Shown here piece by piece: positions 1 through 8,851 of a stretch of 45,585 bases of DNA (within the stretch, counting starts at the first letter, position 1; the number at the start of each line of letters is the position of its first letter). The position numbers and the translations under genes are program-made. Origin of the DNA: Eubacteriales bacterium. Its GTDB lineage: Bacteria > Bacillota > Clostridia > Oscillospirales > CAG-272. The DNA lies in contig JAZRCQ010000081.1 of NCBI GenBank assembly GCA_045659845.1, forward strand, positions 1 through 45,585, written 5' to 3'. The notes beneath the pieces were generated by a model. The model was given only the letters and a program-made list of their open reading frames with translations, was not told the origin of the DNA and made no database searches.

Positions 1-5
1 GCTCC

Positions 6-1241
6 TTGCTGGTTGCAAAGAATTCCACGACTGCAGAGTACGAGGCATATCTCGCAAAGCTTGCCGCCGAGGGCTACAGTCTGTACACCACCAACTCCAT
101 CGGCGAGAACCGTTTTGATACCTACAAGAATGGCGAATATCTGATCCATGCAGGCTGGTATGCCTATGAAAAGGCTGCCCGCGTGACCATTGAAAAGACC
201 ACCACTGTGGTTGGCCTGGAGAAGGATAACGTCTACACGCCCGCAGCAGGCATCACCTCCTCCCTGGCTCAGTTCGGCCTGGTGGACGGCAGAGAAAACG
301 GCATGGCATACTGCTATCAGCTGGCAGACGGCTCCTTCATCGTGATCGATAGCGGTTATCCGAATGACAGTGAGCCCCTCTATAACTACATGAAGGCAAA
401 AGCGCCCAATGGAAACATTGTGATCGCCGCCTGGATCATCACTCATAACGATCCCGACCATGCCAGAGGCTTTGTGACCTTCTGCGGCAAGTATAAGAAC
501 GAGGTGAAGGTGGAGAAGGTGATCAAGAACACTCCCGCATCCTTGACCTATCTGGAGAGCGAATCCGATGAAAACGGCGCCACCCATGCAAACGCCGTTG
601 GACTCAAGGATTGCGACGTGATCAAGGTTCACACCGGTATGAAGTTCTATATCCGCAACGCGGAGATCGAGATCCTCTATTCGATCGATAGCATCCTGCC
701 CGCCCCCATGAAGATCTTTAACAACTCGTCCTTGGTGTTCTCCGTTGAGATCGAGGGAGAGCGTGCGATGTTCTTGGGCGATATCAGCGACGACGCTGCC
801 GCTATTCTCGTTTCCATGTACGGCACTTACCTCAAGAGCGATATGGTGCAGATGACTCACCACGGTCTCCGCAACGGTTACGGATTGAATATGCCGCACA
901 CCCATTCGATGTATAAACTGATCCGTGCAGAAGTGGCTCTCTGGCCCTCCTCCGAGTCTCACTACAACAATATCGACGGAGCCGGAGAAGATCAGCAGAT
1001 CGCTCTGCACAGCTGGAATCTCACCGCGCTGGAGAGCGTTCGCGAAGCATGGCTGGCAGGCAACAACAGGATCACCGTGTTTGAGCTTCCCTATGCCTAC
1101 TTGAGCGCATATCAATTCGATCCCGCAAATCCGCACCCCACGCCCGTTGCGAAGGATGCGCCCAGCGGCGAGGACCGTTTGGAATACTTTAGCTCTATCA
1201 GCGATTCCAAGATCAATCACGTTGATTGGAATCAAGGATAA
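6..1241 (+). CDS. MBL-fold metallo-hydrolase (ComEC/Rec2-related type), probably 5'-truncated by the window edge
   Basis: The frame is open to the window start, so TTG at 6 is probably internal. Motifs: IVIDSGYP; AAWIITHNDPDHARG (HxHxDH-type box, here H-N-D-P-D-H); distal DMVQMTHHG. Paralogous to the 16745..17551 product. Confidence 0.75.
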   Translation: MLVAKNSTTAEYEAYLAKLAAEGYSLYTTNSIGENRFDTYKNGEYLIHAGWYAYEKAARVTIEKTTTVVGLEKDNVYTPAAGITSSLAQFGLVDGRENGMAYCYQLADGSFIVIDSGYPNDSEPLYNYMKAKAPNGNIVIAAWIITHNDPDHARGFVTFCGKYKNEVKVEKVIKNTPASLTYLESESDENGATHANAVGLKDCDVIKVHTGMKFYIRNAEIEILYSIDSILPAPMKIFNNSSLVFSVEIEGERAMFLGDISDDAAAILVSMYGTYLKSDMVQMTHHGLRNGYGLNMPHTHSMYKLIRAEVALWPSSESHYNNIDGAGEDQQIALHSWNLTALESVREAWLAGNNRITVFELPYAYLSAYQFDPANPHPTPVAKDAPSGEDRLEYFSSISDSKINHVDWNQG

Positions 1242-1292
1242 ATCGTTAAGGTCGCTTCTCCGAGAAGCTGGACCGCAGTATTAGACGTCTGC

Positions 1293-1340
1293 GAGACGGA
1301 GAGAAATTGATTATTTTGATAATTGTTTTTTCTCCGTCTC
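1293..1340 (+). terminator. Stem-loop after the MBL gene, possible weak terminator
   Basis: GAGACGGAGA (1293..1302) pairs with TCTCCGTCTC (1331..1340). The T-run lies inside the loop and 3' arm rather than after it, followed by CTTTCTC. Confidence 0.35.
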
Positions 1341-1384
1341 CTTTCTCATATGAGGCTGAAGAAACATTAAAAAAGGTAATTACA

Positions 1385-2497
1385 ATGAAAAAACCTGAAT
1401 TTTTCAAAACAACTCCCGCCGTGCTGGCCGTTGAAAAGGAGTATCAGATCATGGTTCCCGTGAATGCTTCCGCTATTATGTGGGTGCAGGTTGGGGATCG
1501 CAAATATTACGATGATAGCAACGGTATTCTCCGCTCCGACACCGATATGCACCGTATATGCGTGCCGATGTTGGTGCTGGACGCTGCCGAAAAATATACA
1601 ATTTGCTGGAGAGAGGTGTTTGAACGAACGCCCTATTCGCCTCTTCTCGGAGAGGATCAAAGCGCCACCTTTGCCTTTCGTCCTCTCCCAAAGGATCCGA
1701 TCCGCGCTTATATGATCTCGGATGCACACGGAATGCTGGAGCAGCCCGTGGCGGCGGGAAAGAAGTTTGCCGATACCTACGGCGGGATCGATTTGCTGAT
1801 CCTCAACGGCGATATTCTCAGCAACAGCGGTGATTCTGCAAACTTTATCCTGTACTATCAGATCATCGAAGCTCTCACGGGCGGTGAGATCCCCGCCATC
1901 ATTTCCAGAGGAAACCACGACCTTCGTGGAAAATGCGCCGAAAAATTGGTTGATTATATGCCCGGCAGCAATGGCAAGAGCTATTTCACCATCCGCCTGG
2001 GCAGCCTTTGGGCGATTCTTCTGGATCTTGGAGAGGATAAGGAGGACGCGCATGAGGAATATAACGGCACCATCTGCTGTCAGGATTTCCGCCTGCGCGA
2101 GACCGACTATTTTGAGCAGGTGGTGGAAAACGGTGCCATAGAATATGCCGCCGAAGGCGTGGAGCATCGCATTGTGATCTCGCACGTCCCCTTCACGCGG
2201 TTGGATATGGCTCCCGTTGGGGAGGAGCAGGCGCTTTACCGAAAATGGGTGGAGCTTCTGAATGAAAGGGTTGATCCCGAATTTGTTCTGTCGGGGCATA
2301 CTCATTGGCAATATATAGCCCGTCCCGGTGAGAAATACGATGGCTACGGCATGAAATTTCCAACGGTGGTCGGGACATACGTTGATCGTGAAAATCCTTA
2401 TTTTGCAGGCTGCGGAATTATTTGGAACAAAGGGGAGACTCGTGTGATCTTCAATGACGGTGATAAAATCCTTCTTGATCAGTCGCTCAACGGATAA
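1385..2497 (+). CDS. Calcineurin-like metallophosphoesterase
   Basis: ATG 1385 (MKKPEFF) is preferred to upstream TTG 1307. Phosphoesterase motifs in order: ISDAHG, LNGDI, RGNHD, ISHVP, SGHTH. Confidence 0.8.
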   Translation: MKKPEFFKTTPAVLAVEKEYQIMVPVNASAIMWVQVGDRKYYDDSNGILRSDTDMHRICVPMLVLDAAEKYTICWREVFERTPYSPLLGEDQSATFAFRPLPKDPIRAYMISDAHGMLEQPVAAGKKFADTYGGIDLLILNGDILSNSGDSANFILYYQIIEALTGGEIPAIISRGNHDLRGKCAEKLVDYMPGSNGKSYFTIRLGSLWAILLDLGEDKEDAHEEYNGTICCQDFRLRETDYFEQVVENGAIEYAAEGVEHRIVISHVPFTRLDMAPVGEEQALYRKWVELLNERVDPEFVLSGHTHWQYIARPGEKYDGYGMKFPTVVGTYVDRENPYFAGCGIIWNKGETRVIFNDGDKILLDQSLNG

Positions 2498-2527
2498 AAT
2501 AAGATTTCCACGGGAAAGGACTTTGCT

Positions 2528-3403
2528 ATGAAACAGAAATTGACCTTTGTTGAATATATGCAAGCGCTCGGATTTCCTGCTGAGGCTGTGGACGAATTGG
2601 AGGCACTTAGGAAGCGTCTGTCGTCGAAAACGGAATTGTGCTCCTTGATGGAGGAAGCGCAAAGGGATTTCATGAGCGGCGCAGAAGGGGATTTTCAAGC
2701 ACCGCTTGCCGAGCTTGCCGCATTGAGCGGTGAGAGAAGGGAATCGGTGGATCTTGTGATGATGGTGGGCTGTCTCCCCATGATGCGGCAGAGATACTGT
2801 GAGCGCGGGCTTCCGGAGGAGATCTTTTGGGACACTGCAAAGGATCTGACCTACAAAATGAAGGAATGCTACGAAAACCGAGGCGTGTGGGGAACCTTTG
2901 TCACCTTCTGGTTTCCGGAGTTTTTCCGACTGAAGCGCTTTGCCTTGGGACGGTTGCAATTTGAACATAAGGCATTCCCCTATGAGGGGATCGATGGAGT
3001 TGAGAAGGGACAAATTGTCTATAATTGTCATATCCCCTCCTCAGGCTCTCTGCCGCCCGAATCGGTGGACGATGCGTTCCGTCGGGCAAAGGCCTTTTAT
3101 GCGGAGGAATTGGGCGGGAAGCCCATGCCGATCTACTGTAGCTCCTGGATGCTGTATCCGCCCCACGTGGAGCTGTTTCCGGAGGGATCGAATCTGCGGC
3201 ATTTTGCCGATCGGTTCACTCTGGTGGATGCCGTTGCAGACGAAACCAACCATGATTTCTGGCGGATCTTCAACCGCCCCTGGGATTCCGACATCTGCCT
3301 GGAGGAGCTTCCCGAGGATACAGCCCTGCGCCGCGCCTTCAAGTCCTTTTTGATGGCGGGGAACACAATGGGATCGGGAAAATGTTTGCTTTGGCTCGAT
3401 TGA
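2528..3403 (+). CDS. Hypothetical protein, possibly an NAT_N/GNAT_C-type (DUF5596-like) acyltransferase-domain protein
   Basis: 291-aa ORF starting 30 nt after the previous stop. No catalytic motif can be assigned firmly. The family guess comes from remembered segments (GRLQFEHK, HIPSSGSL). Confidence 0.45.
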   Translation: MKQKLTFVEYMQALGFPAEAVDELEALRKRLSSKTELCSLMEEAQRDFMSGAEGDFQAPLAELAALSGERRESVDLVMMVGCLPMMRQRYCERGLPEEIFWDTAKDLTYKMKECYENRGVWGTFVTFWFPEFFRLKRFALGRLQFEHKAFPYEGIDGVEKGQIVYNCHIPSSGSLPPESVDDAFRRAKAFYAEELGGKPMPIYCSSWMLYPPHVELFPEGSNLRHFADRFTLVDAVADETNHDFWRIFNRPWDSDICLEELPEDTALRRAFKSFLMAGNTMGSGKCLLWLD

Positions 3404-3438
3404 GCGACTTATAACGAAAACGATAGGAGAATCAACGA

Positions 3439-4725
3439 ATGACAAAGAAGAAGATCATACTGATCGGCGCGGGACTGCGCGGAATGCAGTATACGAATAT
3501 CATGAAGGATTTGGCTGATCGCTATGAGGTGGTTGCCGTTGCGGAGCCGGTGGAGGATCGTCGCGAATACGTTCGCAAAAAGCACAATATCCCCGCAGAG
3601 TTTTGCTTCAACACGTGGGAGCCCTTGCTGGAGCTTCCCAAAATGGCAGACGCGGCAATCATTGCCACCATGGATAGAGATCACCTTGCTCCCACCATGC
3701 TGGCCATCGATAAGGGCTACGATATTCTTTTGGAAAAGCCTATCGCCCCCACGCCGGAGGAGTGTGTTCGTATCACCAATCATGCTCACGAAAAGGGCGT
3801 GAAGGTGTTGGTGTGTCATGTGTTGCGCTATACCCCCTTCTTCAATTTGCTCAAAAAGTGCATTGATGACGGAATCATTGGCGACGTTATGAGCATTCAG
3901 CACGCCGAACACGTTGGAAACCTTCACCAGAGCCACAGCTTTGTGCGAGGTAACTGGAAGAACAGTCTGGAAAGCAGTCCCATGGTGCTGCAGAAGATCT
4001 GCCACGATCTGGACATACTGCAATGGCTGCTCGACAAGCCCTGCCACCGAATCCAAAGCTTTGGAGCGCTTTCCTACTTTACCGAGGCAAACAAGCCTGA
4101 GGGCGCGCCGTTGCGCTGTATCGATGGCTGTCCTCATGCGGATACCTGCTGCTACAACGCCGTAAAGGTCTATTTAAACGACAGCTCCAACACTTGGTTC
4201 CGCACCTCTGCCACCAAGCTGGTGGAGCCCACCGATGCGGACGTGGAAAGGGCACTCCGCGAGTCCGACTACGGAAAATGCGTGTTCCGGTGCAACAACG
4301 ACGTGGTGGATCATCAGATTGTGAACATGGAATTTGAGGGCGGTATCACGGTAAGCGTGACCATGGAGGCGTTCAACAAGGGCGGTCGCAACATTGTGAT
4401 CATGGGCACCAAGGGCGAGATCCGTGCCAATATGAGTGACGATTTCATCACGGTCTTTGATTTTGCCACAAGAGAATTCCGGGAGATCAAGATCTCCGAT
4501 GCCATCATTAACGAGGCAATCACGGGAGGTCACGGCGGCGGAGACCGAGGCATTGTGTATTCCTTCTACGATCTCCTCACGGGTAACACTGAGAGCAAGT
4601 CTATTTGCGATATTTCTGTGGCTTGCGAGAACCATATGCTGTCCTTTGCAGCAGAGGAGTCTCGCCTCACCGGAAAGGTTATTGATGTGCGGGAGTTTGT
4701 TGAGAACGTGAAAAAAAGAGCTTGA
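3439..4725 (+). CDS. Gfo/Idh/MocA family NAD(P)-dependent oxidoreductase
   Basis: AGGAGA RBS. N-terminal Rossmann motif KIILIGAGLRG and EKP motif LLEKPIA. The long C-terminal domain carries a Cys cluster (CIDGCPHADTCC). Confidence 0.85.
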   Translation: MTKKKIILIGAGLRGMQYTNIMKDLADRYEVVAVAEPVEDRREYVRKKHNIPAEFCFNTWEPLLELPKMADAAIIATMDRDHLAPTMLAIDKGYDILLEKPIAPTPEECVRITNHAHEKGVKVLVCHVLRYTPFFNLLKKCIDDGIIGDVMSIQHAEHVGNLHQSHSFVRGNWKNSLESSPMVLQKICHDLDILQWLLDKPCHRIQSFGALSYFTEANKPEGAPLRCIDGCPHADTCCYNAVKVYLNDSSNTWFRTSATKLVEPTDADVERALRESDYGKCVFRCNNDVVDHQIVNMEFEGGITVSVTMEAFNKGGRNIVIMGTKGEIRANMSDDFITVFDFATREFREIKISDAIINEAITGGHGGGDRGIVYSFYDLLTGNTESKSICDISVACENHMLSFAAEESRLTGKVIDVREFVENVKKRA

Positions 4726-4846
4726 TAGCGTCATTGTCCGCCGGCGGACACAAAACAACGTTGCGGCAGGCCGTAAGGGATGAGATTTCGCATCAATAAC
4801 GTTGCGCTCCGCGCAAGCGGAAGGATGCATTTTCATCTCATGAGCC

Positions 4847-4892
4847 AAACCCAAAGCAGTCTGCATTTGCGGACTGCTTTGGGTTTTCATTC
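4847..4892 (+). terminator. Rho-independent terminator
   Basis: 15-bp stem: AAACCCAAAGCAGTC (4847..4861) pairs with GACTGCTTTGGGTTT (4872..4886). Followed by TCATTCC. Confidence 0.75.
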
Positions 4893-4913
4893 CTTTGTCG
4901 CGCTTGAGCGGTC

Positions 4914-4950
4914 GGCAGAGGCCCGCCTGCCCCCGCAGGCTGCCTTTTTT
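4914..4950 (+). terminator. Second rho-independent terminator
   Basis: GCCTGC-CCCC-GCAGGC hairpin nested within GGCAG...CTGCC, followed by TTTTTT (4945..4950). Confidence 0.6.
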
Positions 4951-4981
4951 GTTTCGGCGGCGGATAGTTTGAAGGAGCCTC

Positions 4982-5010
4982 TTGCAAAATTCGTTTCCAT
5001 CTGCTATAAT
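4982..5010 (+). promoter_or_regulatory. Sigma-70/SigA-type promoter with extended -10
   Basis: TTGCAA (4982..4987), 17-nt spacer, TGcTATAAT (5002..5010). Sits about 60 nt upstream of the 5073 start. Confidence 0.6.
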
Positions 5011-5072
5011 AGAGGTAGTCAGAAGCCCAACCGCAACGGTTTGGCGCAGCTTTTTGGAGGAATATTCGGAAC

Positions 5073-6269
5073 ATGATCAACGATTGGCTTTTGGTGGGAT
5101 CTGCGAGGATCGAAAATCGCGTGGTGCTTCAGCCGATGGAGGGCTGTGATTGCAATACCGACGGTAGCCCCGGCGCGCTGACGGTGGAAAAATACCGTCG
5201 CGCGGCCGAGAGTGGCGCGGGGATCGTTTGGTTTGAGGCAAACGCCGTTTGCCCCGAAGGAAGAACGAATCCGAGGCAGATGATGCTCACGAGGGAGAAT
5301 CTCGGGGCGTTCAAGAGCCTTTTGTCCGAGCTGCGCGCATTGGCAAAAAGCACCTGCGGCGTTGAGCAGATCTATATTCTCCAGCTCACCCATTCGGGGC
5401 GACAGAGCATCACGCCCATGATCGCCTACCGCCATCCGCTCTACGAGGCGAGACGTCCTGCCTCCGACGAGCACGTGGTGACCGACGAATATCTGGACAC
5501 GCTGGCCGAGCGCTACGCGGAATCGGCTCGCCTTGCTATGGAGGCAGGCTTCGACGGCGTGGACGTGAAGTCCTGCCACGGCTATTTGCTTCAGGAGCTG
5601 CTTTCGGCCTTTTCCAGACCGGGGCGCTACGGCGGCAGCTTTGAGAACCGCACGAAGCTGTTTCTCGACTGCGTTCGCGCCGTGAAGGCGGCGATCCCGC
5701 AGGAGGCTCTGCTCACCTGTCGCCTGAGCGTTTCGGATATGGTGCCCTATCCCTTCGGCTTTGGCACCACGGCCGAAAATGAATTGGATCTCGCCGAGCC
5801 GGATCGCTTGATCGGATGCTTGGTTGAGGCGGGGATGCAGATCCTGAACGTGACGGTGGGGAATCCCTATTATAATCCCCACGTGAACCGTCCCTACCGC
5901 AAGGGGGGCTATGAGGCCCCCGAAACGCCTGCAGAGGGGTTGGCGCGGTTTGAGGAGATCGAACGGCATGTGAAGGAGGTCTTCCCGGAGCTGATGGTGG
6001 TTGGATCGGGCCTTTCCTATTACCGCGAGGATCTGCTTGAGCAGGCCGAACGGCAGCTGCGGGAGGGCATTTGCGATCTGGTGGGATTTGGCAGGGCGTG
6101 GTTGGCCTATCCTGCATTCTACCGCGATTTCCGCGCGGGCCGCTTTGAAGGAAACAAATGCTGCCTTGCCTGCTCCAAATGCACCGAGCTGATGCGGGCA
6201 GGGCAGGTGTCGGGCTGTGCGGTGTTTGGCGAGCATTATCGAAATCTATACAAGGAGATCAGAAAATGA
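5073..6269 (+). CDS. NADH:flavin oxidoreductase (Old Yellow Enzyme TIM barrel) with a C-terminal 4Fe-4S-type Cys motif
   Basis: GGAGGA RBS. Motifs VLQPMEG and SCHGYLLQELLS. C-terminal CCLACSKC-x11-C (nt 6159..6218). The protein ends 16 aa later with no NAD/FAD domain. Confidence 0.8.
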   Translation: MINDWLLVGSARIENRVVLQPMEGCDCNTDGSPGALTVEKYRRAAESGAGIVWFEANAVCPEGRTNPRQMMLTRENLGAFKSLLSELRALAKSTCGVEQIYILQLTHSGRQSITPMIAYRHPLYEARRPASDEHVVTDEYLDTLAERYAESARLAMEAGFDGVDVKSCHGYLLQELLSAFSRPGRYGGSFENRTKLFLDCVRAVKAAIPQEALLTCRLSVSDMVPYPFGFGTTAENELDLAEPDRLIGCLVEAGMQILNVTVGNPYYNPHVNRPYRKGGYEAPETPAEGLARFEEIERHVKEVFPELMVVGSGLSYYREDLLEQAERQLREGICDLVGFGRAWLAYPAFYRDFRAGRFEGNKCCLACSKCTELMRAGQVSGCAVFGEHYRNLYKEIRK

Positions 6270-6997
6270 AGGTTGCGATCGTAACGGGGGTTGCGGGCGG
6301 CATCGGAAAGGCCGGTGCGCTGGCCTTGGCGAAAAACGGATACCATATCGTTGGAATGGGGCGCAGAGAGGCTCCCGATCTGTCGGATTTTGAGGGCCTT
6401 CCCTTCACCTACGTGCAGGGCGACGTAGCCGTGCCTGCCGATCGCCGGCACCTTTTGGAAACGGCGGTCTCCTGCGGAGAGGTGGCCGCGCTGGTAAACG
6501 TGGCAGGGGTGGCGCCCAAGGTTCGGGCCGATCTGTTGGAGATGACCGAGGAAAGCTACGACTACGTGATGGGCATCAACACCAAGGGAACGCTGTTTCT
6601 CACCCAGCTTGTGGCCAACCGGATGGTGGAGCAGGGCAAGGGCGGCGCGATCGTGAACGTTTCCTCCTGCTCCGAATACACAAGCTCCGTCAATCGCGGT
6701 GAATATTGCATTTCCAAGGCGGGAGTTGGCATGATCACCAAGCTTTTTGCCGATCGGCTTGCGGGCGAGGGGATCACGGTGAACGAGATCTGCCCCGGCA
6801 TCATTGAAACCGACATGACGGCAGGAGTGAAGGAAAAATACGACCGTCTCATTGAAAACGGCCTCGTTCCGCTGGGACGCTGGGGGCAGCCGGAGGATAT
6901 TGCGGGGGCAGTGCTGGCACTCTGCAACGGCACGCTGGGCTACATGACGGGTGGCTCGCTGGTGCTGGACGGCGGCATGCATATCAGAAGACTATGA
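6266..6997 (+). CDS. Short-chain dehydrogenase/reductase (SDR)
   Basis: The start overlaps the upstream stop (ATGA at 6266..6269). Motifs TGVAGGIGKA, NVAG and catalytic YCISKAG (YxxxK). Confidence 0.9.
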   Translation: MKVAIVTGVAGGIGKAGALALAKNGYHIVGMGRREAPDLSDFEGLPFTYVQGDVAVPADRRHLLETAVSCGEVAALVNVAGVAPKVRADLLEMTEESYDYVMGINTKGTLFLTQLVANRMVEQGKGGAIVNVSSCSEYTSSVNRGEYCISKAGVGMITKLFADRLAGEGITVNEICPGIIETDMTAGVKEKYDRLIENGLVPLGRWGQPEDIAGAVLALCNGTLGYMTGGSLVLDGGMHIRRL

Positions 6998-8790
6998 AGA
7001 GAAGCTATCACACGATCGTTGTGGGAACGGGGTGCGCGGGCTATAATGCCGCCGATCGCTTATATGATCTCGGCATTCGCGACGTTGCCATTGTGACCGA
7101 GGGGCGGGAAATGGGCACCTCGCGCAACACGGGAAGCGACAAGCAAACCTACTATAAGCTTTCGCTCTGCGGCGCGGAGGGCGACAGCGTGCGTGAGCTG
7201 GCGGCCACGCTTCATGGGGGCGGCGGCGTGATGGGCGAGCATGCCCTTTGCGAGGCCTCCTATTCCGCGCGGTGCTTTTTGCGACTGGTGGAGCTGGGCG
7301 TTCCGTTCCCAACCAACGAATACGGCGAGTATGCAGGCTATAAGACCGATCATGATCCCAAGGCCAGAGCCACCTCCTGCGGCCCTCTCACCTCCAAGTA
7401 TATGACCGAGGCTCTGGAGCGCTCGGTGCTGGGGAAGGGGATCGAGCTTCTCGACGGCCTGCGCGTGATCCGAGTTCTGACCGACGAAAACGGCGTGACG
7501 GGCATTGCCTGCGTGAGCGTGGCGACGGGAGAGCTTTCCGTGATCGCCTGCCAAAACGTGATCCTCTGCACGGGCGGCCCTGCGGGGATCTATCGGAACA
7601 CCGTTTATCCGGAAAGCCAGCACGGTGCAACGGGGCTGGCCATCGAGGCGGGAGCGGCGCTTTCCAATATGGAGGAGTGGCAATACGGCATTGCGAGCGT
7701 GAAATTCCGATGGAATCTTTCGGGCACCTATCAGCAGGTGCTGCCGAGGTATCTTTCGGTTGACGGGAACGGAAATGAAAGGGAATTCCTATACGAGCGC
7801 TTGGGCGCGGAGTCGCTTGGTCTGATCTTTCTCAAGGGATATCAATGGCCCTTCGACACGAGAAAAACCGATGGCTCCTCGAGGATCGATCTGCTCGTTG
7901 CCGATGAGACCAAGCGAGGAAATCGGGTGTATCTTGATTTTTCGCGAAATCCCCGAGGCTTGGAGCAGGGCTTTGACGTGCTTCCCGAGGAAGCATTTGC
8001 ATATCTCCGTCAATCGGGGGCTCTTTTCGGCACGCCGATCGAGCGTCTTGCAAAAATGAATATAGGAGCGATCGAGCTGTATGCCTCTCATGGGATCGAG
8101 CTTTCCTCCGAGCTTCTGGAGATCGCCGTTTGCGCGCAACATTGCAACGGCGGTGTGGCGGTGGATGGCAACTGGCAGAGCGAGATCAAAGGGCTCTATG
8201 CCGCAGGCGAGGCGGCGGGCACCTTCGGCGTTTACCGTCCCGGCGGAAGCGCTCTGAACTCCACGCAGGTTGGTTCTCTTCGCGCGGCCGAGCATATTGC
8301 AAGGCAGGCGGAGCGGCCGACCGTCGAGCCGTCGCCGTTTGCGCTGCCCTCCATTCGGCGAGGGGCGAGCAATCTGGCAGAGCTTCGGGAGTATTATCAA
8401 ACGCGCATGAGCCGCATGGCTGATTTCGATCGGTCGACCGAAGGGATGCGAGCGTTGCTGGCGGAGATCGGCGAGCTTTGCGACCGTTTCTTTGAGGTGG
8501 CCGAGATCGGAGCCGATGCGGAGCTGGCCGAGCTCTTCAAGCTTCGCGACATGGCGCTCACCCAGCGAACGGTTCTTTCGGCCATGCTGTTTTCGGCGGA
8601 GACCGTTGGCTCGCATGGCTCGGCTTTGGTGGATGGCAGTCCCGTTCGGTGTGCGGATGCGGTGAGAGAAACGAGAACCGTCACGCGCGGTGCCGTATCT
8701 TCTCAGGAGTCTGTTTCGCCCATGCCCGATCCCGAGCTGTGGTTTGAAACCTTGCTGGCCAGGCAAGCGGAGCGGCGCGAACGGTCGTAG
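6994..8790 (+). CDS. FAD-binding flavoprotein of the fumarate reductase/succinate dehydrogenase/L-aspartate oxidase type (FAD_binding_2)
   Basis: The start overlaps the SDR stop (ATGA at 6994..6997). Motifs IVVGTGCAGYNAA (GxGxxG), CAQHCNGGVAVD, GLYAAGEAAG, RPGGSALNS. Confidence 0.8.
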   Translation: MKRSYHTIVVGTGCAGYNAADRLYDLGIRDVAIVTEGREMGTSRNTGSDKQTYYKLSLCGAEGDSVRELAATLHGGGGVMGEHALCEASYSARCFLRLVELGVPFPTNEYGEYAGYKTDHDPKARATSCGPLTSKYMTEALERSVLGKGIELLDGLRVIRVLTDENGVTGIACVSVATGELSVIACQNVILCTGGPAGIYRNTVYPESQHGATGLAIEAGAALSNMEEWQYGIASVKFRWNLSGTYQQVLPRYLSVDGNGNEREFLYERLGAESLGLIFLKGYQWPFDTRKTDGSSRIDLLVADETKRGNRVYLDFSRNPRGLEQGFDVLPEEAFAYLRQSGALFGTPIERLAKMNIGAIELYASHGIELSSELLEIAVCAQHCNGGVAVDGNWQSEIKGLYAAGEAAGTFGVYRPGGSALNSTQVGSLRAAEHIARQAERPTVEPSPFALPSIRRGASNLAELREYYQTRMSRMADFDRSTEGMRALLAEIGELCDRFFEVAEIGADAELAELFKLRDMALTQRTVLSAMLFSAETVGSHGSALVDGSPVRCADAVRETRTVTRGAVSSQESVSPMPDPELWFETLLARQAERRERS

Positions 8791-8851
8791 CTTTTCGCAG
8801 GTTGGAGCGTTTATGCGTGAAGGTATCAAACAAAGAAACGGAGGAAGGATC

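Noticed and set aside
1367-3031. 554-aa ORF on the minus strand
   Set aside because: It lies fully antisense to two motif-bearing + strand genes (metallophosphoesterase and the 2528 ORF). The translation is low-complexity (R/H/L/G/P rich) with no RBS. This is a typical shadow ORF of GC-rich DNA.
5019-6236. 405-aa minus-strand ORF (also 6236..6982 and 7789..8925 on the minus strand)
   Set aside because: These are antisense to the OYE, SDR and flavoprotein genes. Their composition is Arg/Ala/Gly/His-rich with no recognisable motifs.
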